Assembly: GCF_001194135.2 (NCBI RefSeq)
Contig: NC_068985.1
Location: 26,244,386-26,308,385 of the forward strand
Direction of reading: 5' to 3'
DNA: 64,000 bases
Source: Octopus bimaculoides
Taxonomy: Eukaryota
The position numbers were made by a program, and so were the translations under genes. A model generated the notes under the pieces. It saw only the letters and a program-made list of their open reading frames with translations, ran no database searches and was not told where the DNA came from. Below, piece by piece: positions 35,901-48,772 of this stretch (within the stretch, counting starts at the first letter, position 1; every line of letters begins with the position of its first letter).

Positions 35901-37861
35901 TAATAGAGAACTCGCAAAACAGATTTGACATGATAAAGTGTGTTCGAGTATTTTCTACGTGTGCAACAAACAAACCTGCATACATATATTTAAGAAATAC
36001 AGTATATATCGGAACTGAGGCAATTTTTTGGAATATACGCAGTTCAGTCGAGTGTAAACAATGTGATGTATAAGAGGGAAAACATACTTATCAATGTGTA
36101 TACATGTGTGTGTGTGTGTGTGACGTGCATATACACACAAATTGGTGTGCTTGTAATTGTTTAAATAATTTGTGATGTATTCACAGTAGCCATTGTACTT
36201 GTCGCACAGACGAAGTGAGATTTATTTACATTTATTTTGACTACATGTGGTTATTACTGTGATTGCTATCCGAGTATTCACACCGATTTGAAGCTAATCT
36301 AAGGTGACCGAAGCGACTTAACAACCGATAGATTTAATAAGCAAAAGGATTTGGGAGATAAATATGTTTTATACACTCACAATACTAATTCTGTTTTAAT
36401 TGGTTACTATAAAGTTGGAATTAGAGGAGAGCTTCTACGTGATAGCACGGCCTGCTAAAAAGAGAAGCCAAATAACTCTCCTTCCGATCATACACTATTG
36501 TCTAGGTCTAAATAAAAAAACAGACACATTGAATATGATTTTTGGTATAATAAATCCGAAAAACAAAAGACGAGATGGTCACGACTGGATTGTCCTTTGA
36601 ATTGCTTCATTTCAGGTATACTGAGTACAGTTAAGTTATGAAATGTAACATTAAATTTTATGTAAGGTAGTCGACTATTTCAATAGTTGTAGAGTAGCTC
36701 CAGGTTGATCCTACTGGAGTAGACTGAAGACGTGACCATCTCATCTTTTATATATCTAGGATTACATTATCCGATGTCGTTCATTTTTTAAAGACGATAG
36801 TACGTGACTTGGAGGTTATTTCTTGCAGATCAAACAACTGTACAGAAGTTCCCTCTAGTTCGATTAAAACAGTAAAATTGCATGGTAAGCAGTTTACATT
36901 TATAAGTAAACTTTTGAGCGGAGACTGACAAGGAAGTGAAACAAAATAAATAAATTCATCATTAATTTCTTTAGTGTAATTTTCTATTAAATTCCTGAGA
37001 GATTTTTTGGTTGGTTGTTCTAAGGAGTGATCACGAAGAGAACTACAGATGTCAAAACAATGTTAAACTTAATTTGGGCCAAAGCGGTGATTAATAGAGA
37101 AGCTCAAGAATGTTTGGAATGGTTTAGTATAAATAGAGTGAGAAATTTTTTTTGCTGGATGCTGATCGAGCATTTCCAGCTATGGTTATCCCTTTTTGGG
37201 GAGGCGGATACGTTTATCTAATGTGAAATTTATATGTATTTTGAAGCCAGAAGGTTCTTTGGCTGTTAATTGTACGAGTGATCAGGCAGGGCAGAAGTTA
37301 CCTTGTTGACACGGATAGGCAAACTATTTTTGGGAAAACTTTTTTTTTTAATTATAGCTAAAAAAAAAAAAACAAAGAAAGAAAAACAACCTACAAAACA
37401 AAATGTGTGTCGATAATAAACATACCAATTAAGTAGATAAAATGTGAAATATCTTTACTGACAGGCAATTTAGTTTTAGCAAAAATAAATTATGAAACTC
37501 TTGGCTTACTACTAAGAAACTTTATTCTCAAAATTTAAGTCCCGAGGAAACGAAATAATTATTCAGCCTTTTGTGCAGATTGTAAAATCCTGCATAAGCT
37601 CGTTTGTTTTCACAAACGTGATCATGTAATTAGGCAAAATAAATACACCACCCCATGAACAGCATCACAAATATCAGAGAGGGTGTTTTTTTTTTCCAAA
37701 CCGAAAGGAGTGGAGTATTATTAGATCAAAAGCAGTTAAGAATATAGCAAATGTTCTGAAACTAATTTAGACTTTCATGAATTAAAAGAATTATTATTCT
37801 GACATAGAGACAAGCCAACATTTGGTGATCTTATAGTTAAGCACATCACTTTCAAACTTTT

Positions 37862-38147
37862 GTGAGAAGGGTACTGTCGATTATATCGACTCCAGTGAAT
37901 TAGGAAAGACAAAGTCGACCAGTGGAACTTGAACTCAGAACGCAAAGGCATGTAACTAAATAACACAACTTATTTTGTCCGGTACTCTACCGTTGCTGCT
38001 TTCATCACCATCAATTGATATTGGTGTCAAGTTTTAGCACAAGACCAGCAAAATAAGGGGGAGGGAGTAAGTCGATTACATCGACCCCGGTGCTCAACTG
38101 GTACTTATTTTATCAACTCCCGTATGGGATGAAAGGCAAAGTCGAAT
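37862..38147 (-). mobile_element. Two partial SINE family E copies
   Basis: gtcgattatatcgac / gtcgattacatcgacccc and gaaaggcaaagtcga motifs. Confidence 0.65.
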
Positions 38148-38188
38148 ACTAATTATCAATTAATATTAATTGAAGTAAAACTATCCCG

Positions 38189-38421
38189 GGTACTACTAAA
38201 GCAGCGCGGACCCGAACGCGCAGTCGCGCTAGCTAGTTGTGAGTGGTCGATCCTAACCCTAACCCTAAACACGTATTCATTTGCACACGCGGGTTAGGGA
38301 TAGGGTTAGGGACAAGGTTAGGGATAGGGTTAGGGACAAGGTTAGGGTTAGGGTTAGGATCGACCACTCAAGACTAGCTAGCGCGACTGCGCGTTCGGGT
38401 CCGCGCTGCTTTAGTAGTACC
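38189..38421. mobile_element. Mutator-like MITE with 80-bp TIRs enclosing telomeric repeats
   Basis: TIRs 38189-38268 and 38342-38421 (2 mismatches, start GG). Perfect 9-bp TSD actatcccg at 38180-38188 and 38422-38430. Confidence 0.92.
38291..38358 (+). repeat. TTAGGG-like tract with G-quadruplex potential
   Basis: Nine GGG runs; 24-nt unit ggttagggatagggttagggacaa x2, then (ttaggg)2. Confidence 0.9.
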
Positions 38422-38758
38422 ACTATCCCGATAATTATTAAACAGTGATAACTTTAAACAAATTTGTAAATAAGTTATGTAATTGGCTCCGATAACGTTG
38501 TCCGAATTTACATCTTTAATTTTACTGATAATTTGATATTGCACTCGGTAATGAGAGAGAGAGAGAGAGTGTGTGTGTGTGTGTGTGCAATTTCAGTTTC
38601 ATTATTTTTTTCAACTCCGCCGAACGGGACATAATCAACAATTAGAAACGTGCAACTAATACCGCAAGAAAATAAATAAATAAAGGAAATTTGTGAACAT
38701 AAACATTACAGTAGTTTTCATGAAAAGAAAAAAAATTAACCAAGTCTATCAGACTCAC

Positions 38759-38788
38759 AAGTCGTCCAGCAACAATCACACCAAACAT
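38759..38788 (-). CDS. HIKESHI: Hikeshi exon 1 (MFGVIVAGRL)
   Basis: Matches MFGCLVAGRL. Donor ctt|gtgagt. Spliced CDS is 579 nt, giving 192 aa. Confidence 0.95.
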
Positions 38789-38837
38789 CTTGAGACTGAG
38801 TAATTTCTAAGTAGAACAGAGATGTAGTGGTTGGGGT

Positions 38838-38915
38838 CCAATGCTGAAACTGAAGACACTTCATTAGAAATTACGCGAATATCGGAAGTAGTTGCATATT
38901 GGTAACTACTTCCGG
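38838..38915. promoter_or_regulatory. Bidirectional HIKESHI/INTS12 promoter core: inverted ETS motifs and two CCAAT boxes
   Basis: CGGAAGT at 38883-38889, ACTTCCGG at 38908-38915, CCAAT at 38838-38842 and ATTGG at 38898-38902, in a CpG-retaining region. Confidence 0.7.
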
Positions 38916-38919
38916 TAAA

Positions 38920-38999
38920 GTTGTTTTTATCTAAATTACTGGTGACATATTCGTCTTTGAGAGGCAAAATAAAATTGAAACTGGAATTAAGAACTCTTT
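38920..38999 (+). other. INTS12: Putative non-coding first exon of INTS12
   Basis: The ATG exon is preceded by an acceptor (ctaatttcag, 42452-42461). Candidate donor tt|gtaagg at 38999/39000. TSS not determined. Confidence 0.45.
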
Positions 39000-39978
39000 G
39001 TAAGGATACCTCTAATTTTATTTGATTGATTATATTCTTACTTATCCACTGTTGTATTCTACTATCGCTATTATTTATTATAAGGCTGATGTTTCTTTGT
39101 CATTTGTCTTGAAAGTGACATGTTAAGACCGCCCGGCTTACATTTGATGAGATTTTTCAGAAAAGGACGTTGGGGTAGTCGTAATTAAAATGCCTTTGAT
39201 CAGTATGTTTGTTCAGTCAGGAGTGACCAGGGGCTAAACAATAGCTATAACCTTTGCTTTTATAAATCTACTGGTAATTTACTCCAAACTTGAAATGTGA
39301 GCTAACTCTATATCTTATAATTCTATTCACTTCTGGGATGCTTTAGTTTGTATATATTTAAATTTGTATAGGAGAGCAATCTGCTTTGTGATTCTATGAT
39401 AACAATTTCTTAAATGACAGGTCCCAAATTTACGCGAGAAGAGGAATTTGTTCTTTTCAAGTACAATTTTAAAACAGAAGTGATAAGCAATCGAGATCTT
39501 TCAACACCAGCTCACGGATTCGATCCGTTGATGTGAAGTTTCTCTTAGTTTTAGTTGTTGTTTTGCCTCAGTTCGACCCTGGTGGAGGAAACCTATGATC
39601 GAACATGTTCCTATCTTGTTCATGCTGTCTTTTAAGGGACATGTAATGTGTCTCCCACCCCCTTTTTTTAAAGATAATACGATGTAATTTGAAGCAGATT
39701 TGACATATATTTCAAGCAGGTTGAGCGACACGTAGATACTTCCTTATTGGCTCCATATTATTTTGTTGTCATCTTGCCCCAGGTCCAGCTTGATCACGTA
39801 AGCCTATTATCAAACGTGTACCTACTGCGACCGTCCCGTCTAAATTCCATGGTGTGCTGGACTTCATTATCCATTGCGTTCTTTCATTTTTAGGAGAGTA
39901 GGGTATAATTTGAAGGAGATACGACTGCCATTTTTAGCAGGTCACTTGACTATACTGAAGTTTGTGCAATATTTAACA

Positions 39979-41520
39979 TTAGCAGAGATACCCGGCATTG
40001 CTCGGGATTAAAATGGCATAGTTTGTATATATATATATAATAAAGTTTTTAATTTGTGTAGCAATACATGTTATGGTGCAACGTCGAGATCGCCAGTTTG
40101 TAACGATAATAATTTGTTGTTATAACGGCATGTTGTAGGATGGAGTTTTAAGAAAGTATTTATTTACCGTTACATTACAATACCTTGCCTCGCCGGGGAG
40201 GTTATGATAGATCCAAAAGCATGCGAAGTAAAGTTTGTGCTTGTGTCCTCTTCATTGTTTAGTAGTAATTACAAAGAGAGATAGAATGATGTTGTAAGAG
40301 AACAGAATTAGAGCTAATGTGAGTTGTAGGGTGTGGGACGTTGTCTCACAGTTGCTGACAGTAAACTTCATTTCTCCCTCTGACCAAGGTTCTAGCTGGT
40401 CAGCCAGACTTCGTTCTCAGAATTGTCACACCTAAGTGACAACTCGTTGAGTCGTCACAGACTGGTGACTAACTGGTTTTTTTGCTTGGGGTTTCTTATT
40501 TTTATAACTATCCAGAAGGATAGATATATCATTGAGAACAATAGATTTAGTCGGTGGTCTTGTTATCTCTATTTTAGCTTTTGGTGGAGTAGAAGAGGTT
40601 AGAAAGGGTCAAGTGGTGAAGACATTATTTCGGCCAAGCTAAAGGCATCTGGAAAATGTAAAACTACTGTCAGAGAAAAACCATTGTTCCACCATGGAAA
40701 AAGTTCTGTTGCAGTGTTAATTTAAATTTGGCTATGGTGGATCGAATCCACTTCATGCATGCAAGATCCACTACATATATATATATATTTCAGTTATGTT
40801 GAAACAGGTGATACAGGAAAGTGCAGCATTGATGACTAAACATTTGTGGAATAAATGATAGGCTAATTCGACTAAGCGACTTGTCATTTGTCCTTTTGAA
40901 GTATTCCAGGCCCTAACCAGTCATGGAAAATTGGGGGTTGGGGGATGTGATTTTTTAATGCACCGAAAAGCTGTCAGTGGATATACTCTCCTTTATGGCA
41001 GTCAGCACTGCATCTAACATGACCCGTCATCTGAAGTTTTGACACCCCTTTTTGGGTTTGTTATCCTACATCACTCATAAAGTAAATTTGGAGGAACTGT
41101 GGTTGTTCATTTGTGAGTAACAGGGACTTTGAATGTCGTTATAAATCCATGTTTAACTATCTTCTTAGATGCGCCAAACAATGTCATTTGAAATGCAGAG
41201 TTCTATTGTCTGATATTGTTCAGAAAATTCTCTGACTGAATGAAAGTGCCTTTCAGAAGATCTATAAGAGGTTGAGAAAGAGTTGGTAGTACTGGCAATC
41301 CTACCTTACCACCTGAGCAGTACATGCCATTAGTTTCAGTTGGAAATTTTAAAGCTTTACAGAAATGACAATTTGAGTTTAGCACACCAATTTGGACAAA
41401 ATTATCATTTTTATAAGAATGGGATGGATCATATCTGAAAGCAGCTCCAGGAGTTGTGAAGATCGAATTTGTACGTGGTCTGTTTCTGAGAGCTATTCTA
41501 TTAGACTGCTGTCTAATCAT
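39979..41520 (-). mobile_element. Internally deleted Helitron remnant (RepHel N-terminal fragment plus 3' terminus)
   Basis: AAFRYDP...CHFCKALKFPTETNGMYCSGGKVGLP...ENFLNNIRQ*NSAFQMTLFGA...PQFLQIYF. 3' end: hairpin cccgagcaatgccggg, then tatctctgCTAA|T at 39979. Confidence 0.82.
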
Positions 41521-41771
41521 TAAAACTTTTTAATGATTCAGTATTTAGTGCTGCAGCATGCATTTGCTGATCTTGGGAAAGTCTCAGCTCCCTTCAGTTT
41601 GGAGACTCCATTTGACATGCTGCAGCATGCCTTTGCTGGTCTTGAGAAAGTCTCATCTCTCTTCTGTCTTGATTGGATCAACTGGAACAGTTGTCATGGT
41701 AACAGACGGACTAAGTGATGACGATGATGATTTCACCACCATATTTATTTTCATATTATTGAGTTTGGCAT

Positions 41772-42013
41772 AGCATAAAAAGCACCATTCAAGCATGGAC
41801 AATGCCAATACCACCTGACTGGCCTCCATGCCAATGGCACATAAAAAGCACCCACTACACTCTTGGAGTGGTTGGTGTTAGGAAGGGCATCCAGCTGTAG
41901 AAACCTTGCCAGATCAGATTGGAGCCTGGTGCAGCCTCCTGGCTTGCCAGTCCTAAGTTAAACAATCCAACCCATACCAGCATGGAAAGTGGATGTTAAA
42001 AGATGATGATGAT
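41772..42013 (+). mobile_element. 5'-truncated RTE-type retroposon
   Basis: Family sequence with a decayed (GAT)n tail. Confidence 0.85.
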
Positions 42014-42474
42014 AATACTTGTTCAAAACTTAAATTGTTGTTTTTATGTGATTGAGGTCAGTATTCCAAGAGAACAAAACATTAATTAATATTACAATAC
42101 TCTGGCTGTTTTGTACTTTGGTTTTATGATCCTGTATTAGGAAGAGATATTGAGGTAACTTTGTTCTTTATCTAGAGATTGTTCATTGGTTACTCTGAGG
42201 CCAGTCTTAGACTTACGTAATTATTGCAGAATGTGTTAAAACACCCTTTTGTAGTCTTTAGCTTTATCTGGTTTCTTGTTCTCGCTCTTACCAATTTGGG
42301 TGATCCTATATCTTGCCAGTATCCTTTGATAATCTGCTGGACATACCTGGCCTCTCCACTTTCAAAAGACACACATATGTTATTTATAGTTGATATTAAA
42401 TTATGTTGATCTTTTGTTTGTTGAAAATTCTTCTCACTTCTAATTAATCTTCTAATTTCAGGCTCCCAAATAAA

Positions 42475-42603
42475 ATGGCTACTCTAGAACTGGATCCATT
42501 ATTCACAAAAGCTCTTAAGCTACTTTATTCCAAAAGTAAAGATGCAGACTATCAACTCAGACTAATGGTTGAAGAAGTTGTTGCCCAACGGAAAGGCCTT
42601 CCA
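42475..42603 (+). CDS. INTS12: Integrator complex subunit 12, coding exon 1 (MATLELDPLFTKALKLLYSKSKDA)
   Basis: Matches [21 protein letters not shown]. Donor cca|gtaagt. Confidence 0.95.
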
Positions 42604-43501
42604 GTAAGTTTTATATTTTGATTCAGATCCTTGTTTCTGTAATCTTATTGTTCCTTATAACAATTTTGTAAGTTATAGGTGCAGGTGGCAGGACAAAGTT
42701 CCCAATACAGCTGTGCTTGAGAGAGCTAATATGTTAAGCATGTATATGCTTTCCTAAATAAGTTCCAGCTGTGCAGGAGTGGTCATGTAGCACTCCATAC
42801 TTCCTAGACAGATCTTTGGTGAACTAGCAATTGGTTGGAGAAAATAGTAGCTTAATGATTAATTCAAGTGGAAGATAGGGGAGGCAATTCTGAAATTTAA
42901 GTTAAACGAAAAATTGAATTTCCCACCCATGCTAACATGGAAATCAGACGTTAAACGGTGATGATGATGATGATTGAAGAATGGGCCTGAGCTTTGGTAT
43001 GTACAGTGACAATTCTGGACATGTTTCAGTCTTATTACAGTTCTTCTGTAAAGCATCGTCTTTACCAGTACTTACCAAACAATAAGATGACTTCAAAAAC
43101 ATACAGACTTTGCGTGAATAAACATTGGAAGTTGTTTGCTTAATATGAAAATAAATGACTCTAAAGTAATATCCTGTTAAACACTGGACACTGAAGGCTT
43201 TATATTTAAACAGTGTTTCAGTGTTTGATTAAGTGACAATATGCAAGAGTGATTTCTTGTTGCCTTCTTTTAGTCTATAAAAAATTTAATCTCAACACTT
43301 CAACCTAACAAAATACAAATCATTTATACAATGACCCTGTTGGTACAATCTACAGTCATTAATTACTTATATTGTTCTTATTTACACTAGGCAATTATCA
43401 TATCAGTATCTTTGCTAAGAAGATGTAGTGCTTGATGGGTCAGCCTATTAACTGGTAACTGAATGCCCCATTGATTCTGTCAGCTTTAACACTCAAAAAA
43501 A

Positions 43502-43925
43502 CATCATCATCATCATCGTTTAACGCCCGCTTTCCATGCTAGCATGGGTTGGACGATTTGACTGAAGACTGGCAAGCCAGAAGGCTGCACCAGGCTCCAA
43601 TCTGATCTGGCAAGGTTTCTACAGCTGGATGTCCTTCCTAACGCCAACCAGTCCGAAAGTGTAGTGGGTGCTTTTACGTGTCACCGGCATGAGGGCCAGT
43701 TACATGGTACTGGCAATGGCCACGTTCAAAAAAGTGTTTTTTACATGCCACCTGCACAGGAGCCAGTCCAGCGGCACTGGCAACAACCTCACTCGAATGA
43801 TTTTCTAACGTGCCACCAGCACAAGTGCTAGAATGCAACGCTGGTAACGATTACGCTCAAATGGTGCTATTTACGGGCCACTAGCATGGAAGCCAGACAG
43901 CTGCTCTGGCAATGAACACACTCGA
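43502..43925 (-). mobile_element. 5'-truncated RTE-type retroposon
   Basis: (CAT)n-gtttaacg start on +, with internal tandem sub-repeats. Confidence 0.88.
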
Positions 43926-44330
43926 CATTTTTTTTACTGTTGCCATTCCTATTTTTGTTTCATATTCAAAGAGGATTGAAAATATTACTTGCATGAAAAA
44001 ATAGTATCAGTTTAATTACATAATTACCTTTATAGTCATAAAACTTTGTATACTTTACAGCAAACATATTCATCACTTGAATATTTATGTACTCAGAATA
44101 ACAGAATCTTCACAGCAGATGTTTAATTACATTCAAAGTTCAAATCTTAGTTACATTCCAAGTTTCTCTCAGGATGATTTTGATTTCCATCCTTTCAGAG
44201 TTGATAAAACAAATATCACTCAATTGTTACTATGCTTTTGAATGTAGAGCTTGAGTCCAGTAACTGAAAAAAGTAAGCAATAAACCAAAGCATGCATAAT
44301 ACATACATACATACATACATACATATAATA

Positions 44331-44364
<34 letters not shown>

Positions 44365-44550
44365 ATCATCATCGTTTAACGTCCGCTTTCCATGCTAGCA
44401 TAGGTTGGACAATTTGACTGCGGACCTGTGAACCAGATCGCTACACCAGGCTCCAATCTGATTTGGCAGAGTTTCTACAGCTGGATGCCCTTCCTAATGC
44501 CAACCACTCCAAGAGTGTAGTGGGTGCTTTTATGTGCCACCGGCACAAGT
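44365..44550 (-). mobile_element. 5'-truncated RTE-type retroposon next to an (ATAC)n/(AT)n microsatellite
   Basis: Family sequence. Confidence 0.85.
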
Positions 44551-45370
44551 GCCAATATAATTCCAAGAGAGTTAGAGGTTGTGAATACAACCAACTAAGG
44601 GATAATATCTATCCAATATACTGCTGGTAGAATACCCAATTATTAATATCCAAGTGTTTTTTGATTACATGACAATTACACTACTGACTGTAATAAATGG
44701 GTGAGGGTAAAAGGTTGTTTTACCCTTAATTTATACAGCAATAAGAAAATGGAGAGGATCAAGAGGTGGTATTCATAAATAGATATTATATTATGTCTAT
44801 TTATTTATTTTTTAAAAAAAATTATAACAATATACATACATGTATAACATATTATGCTTTACATATATAAAAATATCAGCAATTATTAAAATATATAATA
44901 TACAACATAGAAAGTAGAATGGTTTCTGATTGCAATTAATTTAAATGACATGAAAAATCTGAAATATTATCAATTTTATTTAGTATTTTCAGCAGTCAAT
45001 GTACAAACACAAACAAACTTTGCTTTTTATAAGGATAGAGATATATATCATCATCATTTAACATCCGTTTTCTATGCTGGCATAGATTGGATGGTTTGAT
45101 AGGAGCTGGCAAGCTGGGAGCTGTCCAGATGCCAATTGTCTGCTGTGGCATGGTTTTCTATGGCTGGATGCCCTTCCTAATGCCAACCACTTTCTAATTC
45201 TACATTATATATTTTAATAATTACTGGTATTTTTATATATGTAAAGCATAATATGTTATACATGTATGTATTTTATTATAATTGTCTTTTTAAAAAATAA
45301 ATAAATAGACATAATATAATGTCTAAAAGTTGATGAATACCACCTCTTGAACACCTCCATTTTCTTATTG

Positions 45371-45408
<38 letters not shown>

Positions 45409-46280
45409 CTGTAAAAATCTGTAAAACTTTCCAGAAGTTTATTATTTAAATATATATGAGCATGTCTAGATATGTAACTATATGCATGAGAAGACATACA
45501 TAAAACATACAAATCTGCACATACATACATACATACAAACAAAAATACCCTGTTGTTGATGTTGAAAGTCCAATGAAGGAACCTTGAATGTAGGTTAGAA
45601 ACTGGTTCTTTCTCCGTTGGCAAGAAATCTTGAAATAAACTGAATAACGACATCCACCCACCCACCCACCATCCACATATGTATGGATGGATGGATGCAT
45701 GCATACATTTAACCAACTAAGCAACCGACCAGATATGAAAATCTATTAAATTCAACCTGTCCTAATGAATATGGACATTTGAGAAGAAGAATGAGATAAA
45801 AATATTTCTATTTATATATGATAATTTCTAAGTTCCACTAATATAGATTAATTGTTAAGCAACTATCCGACCAGTCTTGAACGACTATCACTAGCTATGT
45901 GCATGGATTCTCCTTCTCTGGCTAACTTCAAGAAATTAGTTTATGATTCTTTGAGGAACTTCTATAGTTTTGAAATAGTAAAATCACATGAAACCTTGAG
46001 CAAGTGTCTCCTACCTTAGTTTTAGGTTGACTCAAGTGTTGGGAATGAAATTTGGTAGAAGGAAATTATATGAAAGCTAGCTGGATGGATTACGTTTGTG
46101 AAGCTTTTGCCCTGTTGAATATACTATCTGGCCCTTGGTTACCTGTAGTGGTATCTACACTGTAGGATATTCTATATTAGGATATTCTATATGTTGTGCT
46201 TCCTCACTTGATTTCTCCCATCAGCTTTAGATAAGTACTGCAATTTCTCCTCTGATTAAGCCATATGTGTTTGTCTATGT

Positions 46281-46281
<1 letters not shown>

Positions 46282-46319
<38 letters not shown>

Positions 46320-46440
46320 GTTTAACGTCCACTTTCCATGCTAGCATGGGTTGGACGATTTGACTGAGGACTGGTGAACCAGATGGCTACACCAGGCTCC
46401 AATCTAATTTGGCAGAGTTTCTACAGCTGGATGCCCTTCC
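46282..46440 (-). mobile_element. 5'-truncated RTE-type retroposon with a long (CAT)n tail
   Basis: About 12 CAT units followed by the family sequence. Confidence 0.88.
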
Positions 46441-46732
46441 AAAAAGTATGGCTGGTCATACACAAACCTTCATCACTGAGAATAAATAATCTGTATAGAT
46501 AGTGTAACAGCTGTAATACTGTCTGTTAGATGTTTATTCATGAAAGCTGACAGGAGAATCCACTGTATATATCTCTGTAAGTATATAACTGTATGTGTGT
46601 GTGTATATAGCTATATGAATTTAATTATATACCAGCTGTATTGGTCTTCAAATTTGGGAGATGGGGGTTCTTCAGGGTTGCTTTGCATATTTTGTTTAAT
46701 TCTTAGGTTTGTTTTCATATTTTACTCTTCAG

Positions 46733-47097
46733 GTGAAACATGACTTCATGGAAACTCTTCCAGAAAGCAAGAAACCTAGACTGGATTTATTTTCGTCACT
46801 AGAGAAGGAAGAAAAAACAAATAAAGAGAAAGAGCGAGAGATGGAAAAAGAACGAGAGAGAGAAAGGAGTAGAAAAGAACGGGAACTGAAAGATAAAGAA
46901 GACAAGGAAAGGAGAGAAAAGGCTATGTCAGAAAAAGCTGCTGCAACGGTAGCAACTGCAGAAAAGGCAGAAAAATCAGCAGTGGTTGTTGAGAAATCAT
47001 CTTCTTTCAAGGAACCAGAAGCTTTAGGTTCCAGTGATGATAATATGGACACTGCTGATTTTATTCTTGATCTTGGTATAGCATGTGTTAACTGCCA
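46733..47097 (+). CDS. INTS12: INTS12 coding exon 2 (KKPRL, charged tract, start of PHD finger LGIACVNC)
   Basis: Matches PKKPRL and ADDFAMEMGLACVVC. Acceptor ctcttcag, donor ca|gtaagt. Confidence 0.93.
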
Positions 47098-47248
47098 GTA
47101 AGTATCTTTGAAATTGTCCTTGTTTTTTCTACCATTTAAATATCTTGATTTAGATTAAACTTTTCTATATTATTGTTTTTATAATCTTTACTTGGCATGT
47201 AAACCGTTATTCCCTTCAAACCAATTATGCATTCTCCTTAAATTACAG

Positions 47249-47315
47249 GCAATTCGAAGTCACTTCAGGTAACCAGCTAATTGAATGTCAAGAGTGTCAT
47301 AACTTATATCACCAG
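47249..47315 (+). CDS. INTS12: INTS12 coding exon 3 ([17 protein letters not shown])
   Basis: Matches [16 protein letters not shown]. Confidence 0.97.
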
Positions 47316-48772
47316 GTAAGAGCAATTTAATGAGCTAGCCATTACCTTAAATTCTACTTTGCTCTAACAACTGTAATATTTCACATTTGTTATATGTCTC
47401 AATATCATACAAAATATTTGCAGATGGCTGAATTGGCTTTTTGACCAGTAAGGTGGTAAGATATTTTGTTATGTCTCATCACTAACTTAGCATATATTAC
47501 TGTTAAAGAATTGATTTTTCTATCAGCCTTTATCATATAATGCTGTATTTCTTATGTGTTGATTAGTAGTTTCCTATATGACATTTTCATTTATTCATTA
47601 ATTTTTTTTACTGCAACACAAGGCTGCATTTTTTGAAGAGAAAGAAAATCATCAATTTGACTGACTCCACTATATTATCAACATATACTTTATTTCATTG
47701 TATTAAAAGTTTGTAAGGACTTTAAATAGTTATAATTCACTATATTTTCTTGCTCATAAGATGCTACAGGTGATAAGTTACACCATATAATTTGCAAAGT
47801 ATATTTTGTCAAAAAAAATAAATAAATAAAAGAGACAAATTTTTTACAATTTATAATCATATACCAAAGATTTATTTTGTTGAAGTATTTTAAAATTTAG
47901 AACAAAATAGTTGTGCATTAACTACTGAACATGATTGCTACAAATTGTCCACAGTGCTTTTCAACATTCCAACATTCCATTCAAGAATGCCATACATAGC
48001 TGTGTTTAGTTTATTGTTTATTAAATATGTCCAACATATCAATCACTACTGTCATCTACATCATCGCTGTTATTAGATGTTTCTGCATCATTGTTATCTT
48101 CATAGAGAAGGTCATCTTTGATATCAATCATTGCATTACTGATTCCACATTTTTTTAATGCCATAGCAGTTATTTTTACTGTTATAGCTGCCCACGATGA
48201 CTTGCAATTTACATGCCTCTCAATAGTAGGTCATTTCTGTTATCCTTTTGGAGTTTACTAAATTTCCATGAATCATTTCCTCGTTCCCCGTTTCGTGCAT
48301 AAAACATTTTCATGACTTTAACTGATGTATCCAGTAGTTATGCCTGCAATGTGAAGCTAATAGGTATAACTGCTTGTTTAGTTTTAATTACTTCAAATTT
48401 TTCATTTGTTGCTCCAGTTTTGTAGGTTTGGAATTGACTCCCCCCCCCCCCCCACAGACACACACACATACATCTTTCTGGTAATGGTGGTTTCTTCAAA
48501 TGACACTTGGATGTTGTAACCATACTTTCCGTACCTAGTTTCACACCACTTTTGTCCATTCACTTTTCTGATAAATGTAGGCAAGAAAACTTTATGGGAT
48601 AATTGCCTTTGCAATTGTTTTTCATTTAAAGATAAGTAAAGCCAAGAGTTATGTACTATCTATACAACAGGCGGTAACAGCAGCATAGTAAGGTTTTTCA
48701 TACCCAGTTGTTTTTAAAGTCACTAGCTTTGATAGTTTTGTTTGATTGAACATTGAATTTTAACAGCATTTC

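Noticed and set aside
41549-41665. Tandem duplication with a 69-bp period (~47 nt matching)
   Set aside because: It is a diverged local duplication with no coding or structural signal.
46729-47052. 107-aa antisense ORF
   Set aside because: It is the shadow of the low-complexity INTS12 exon.
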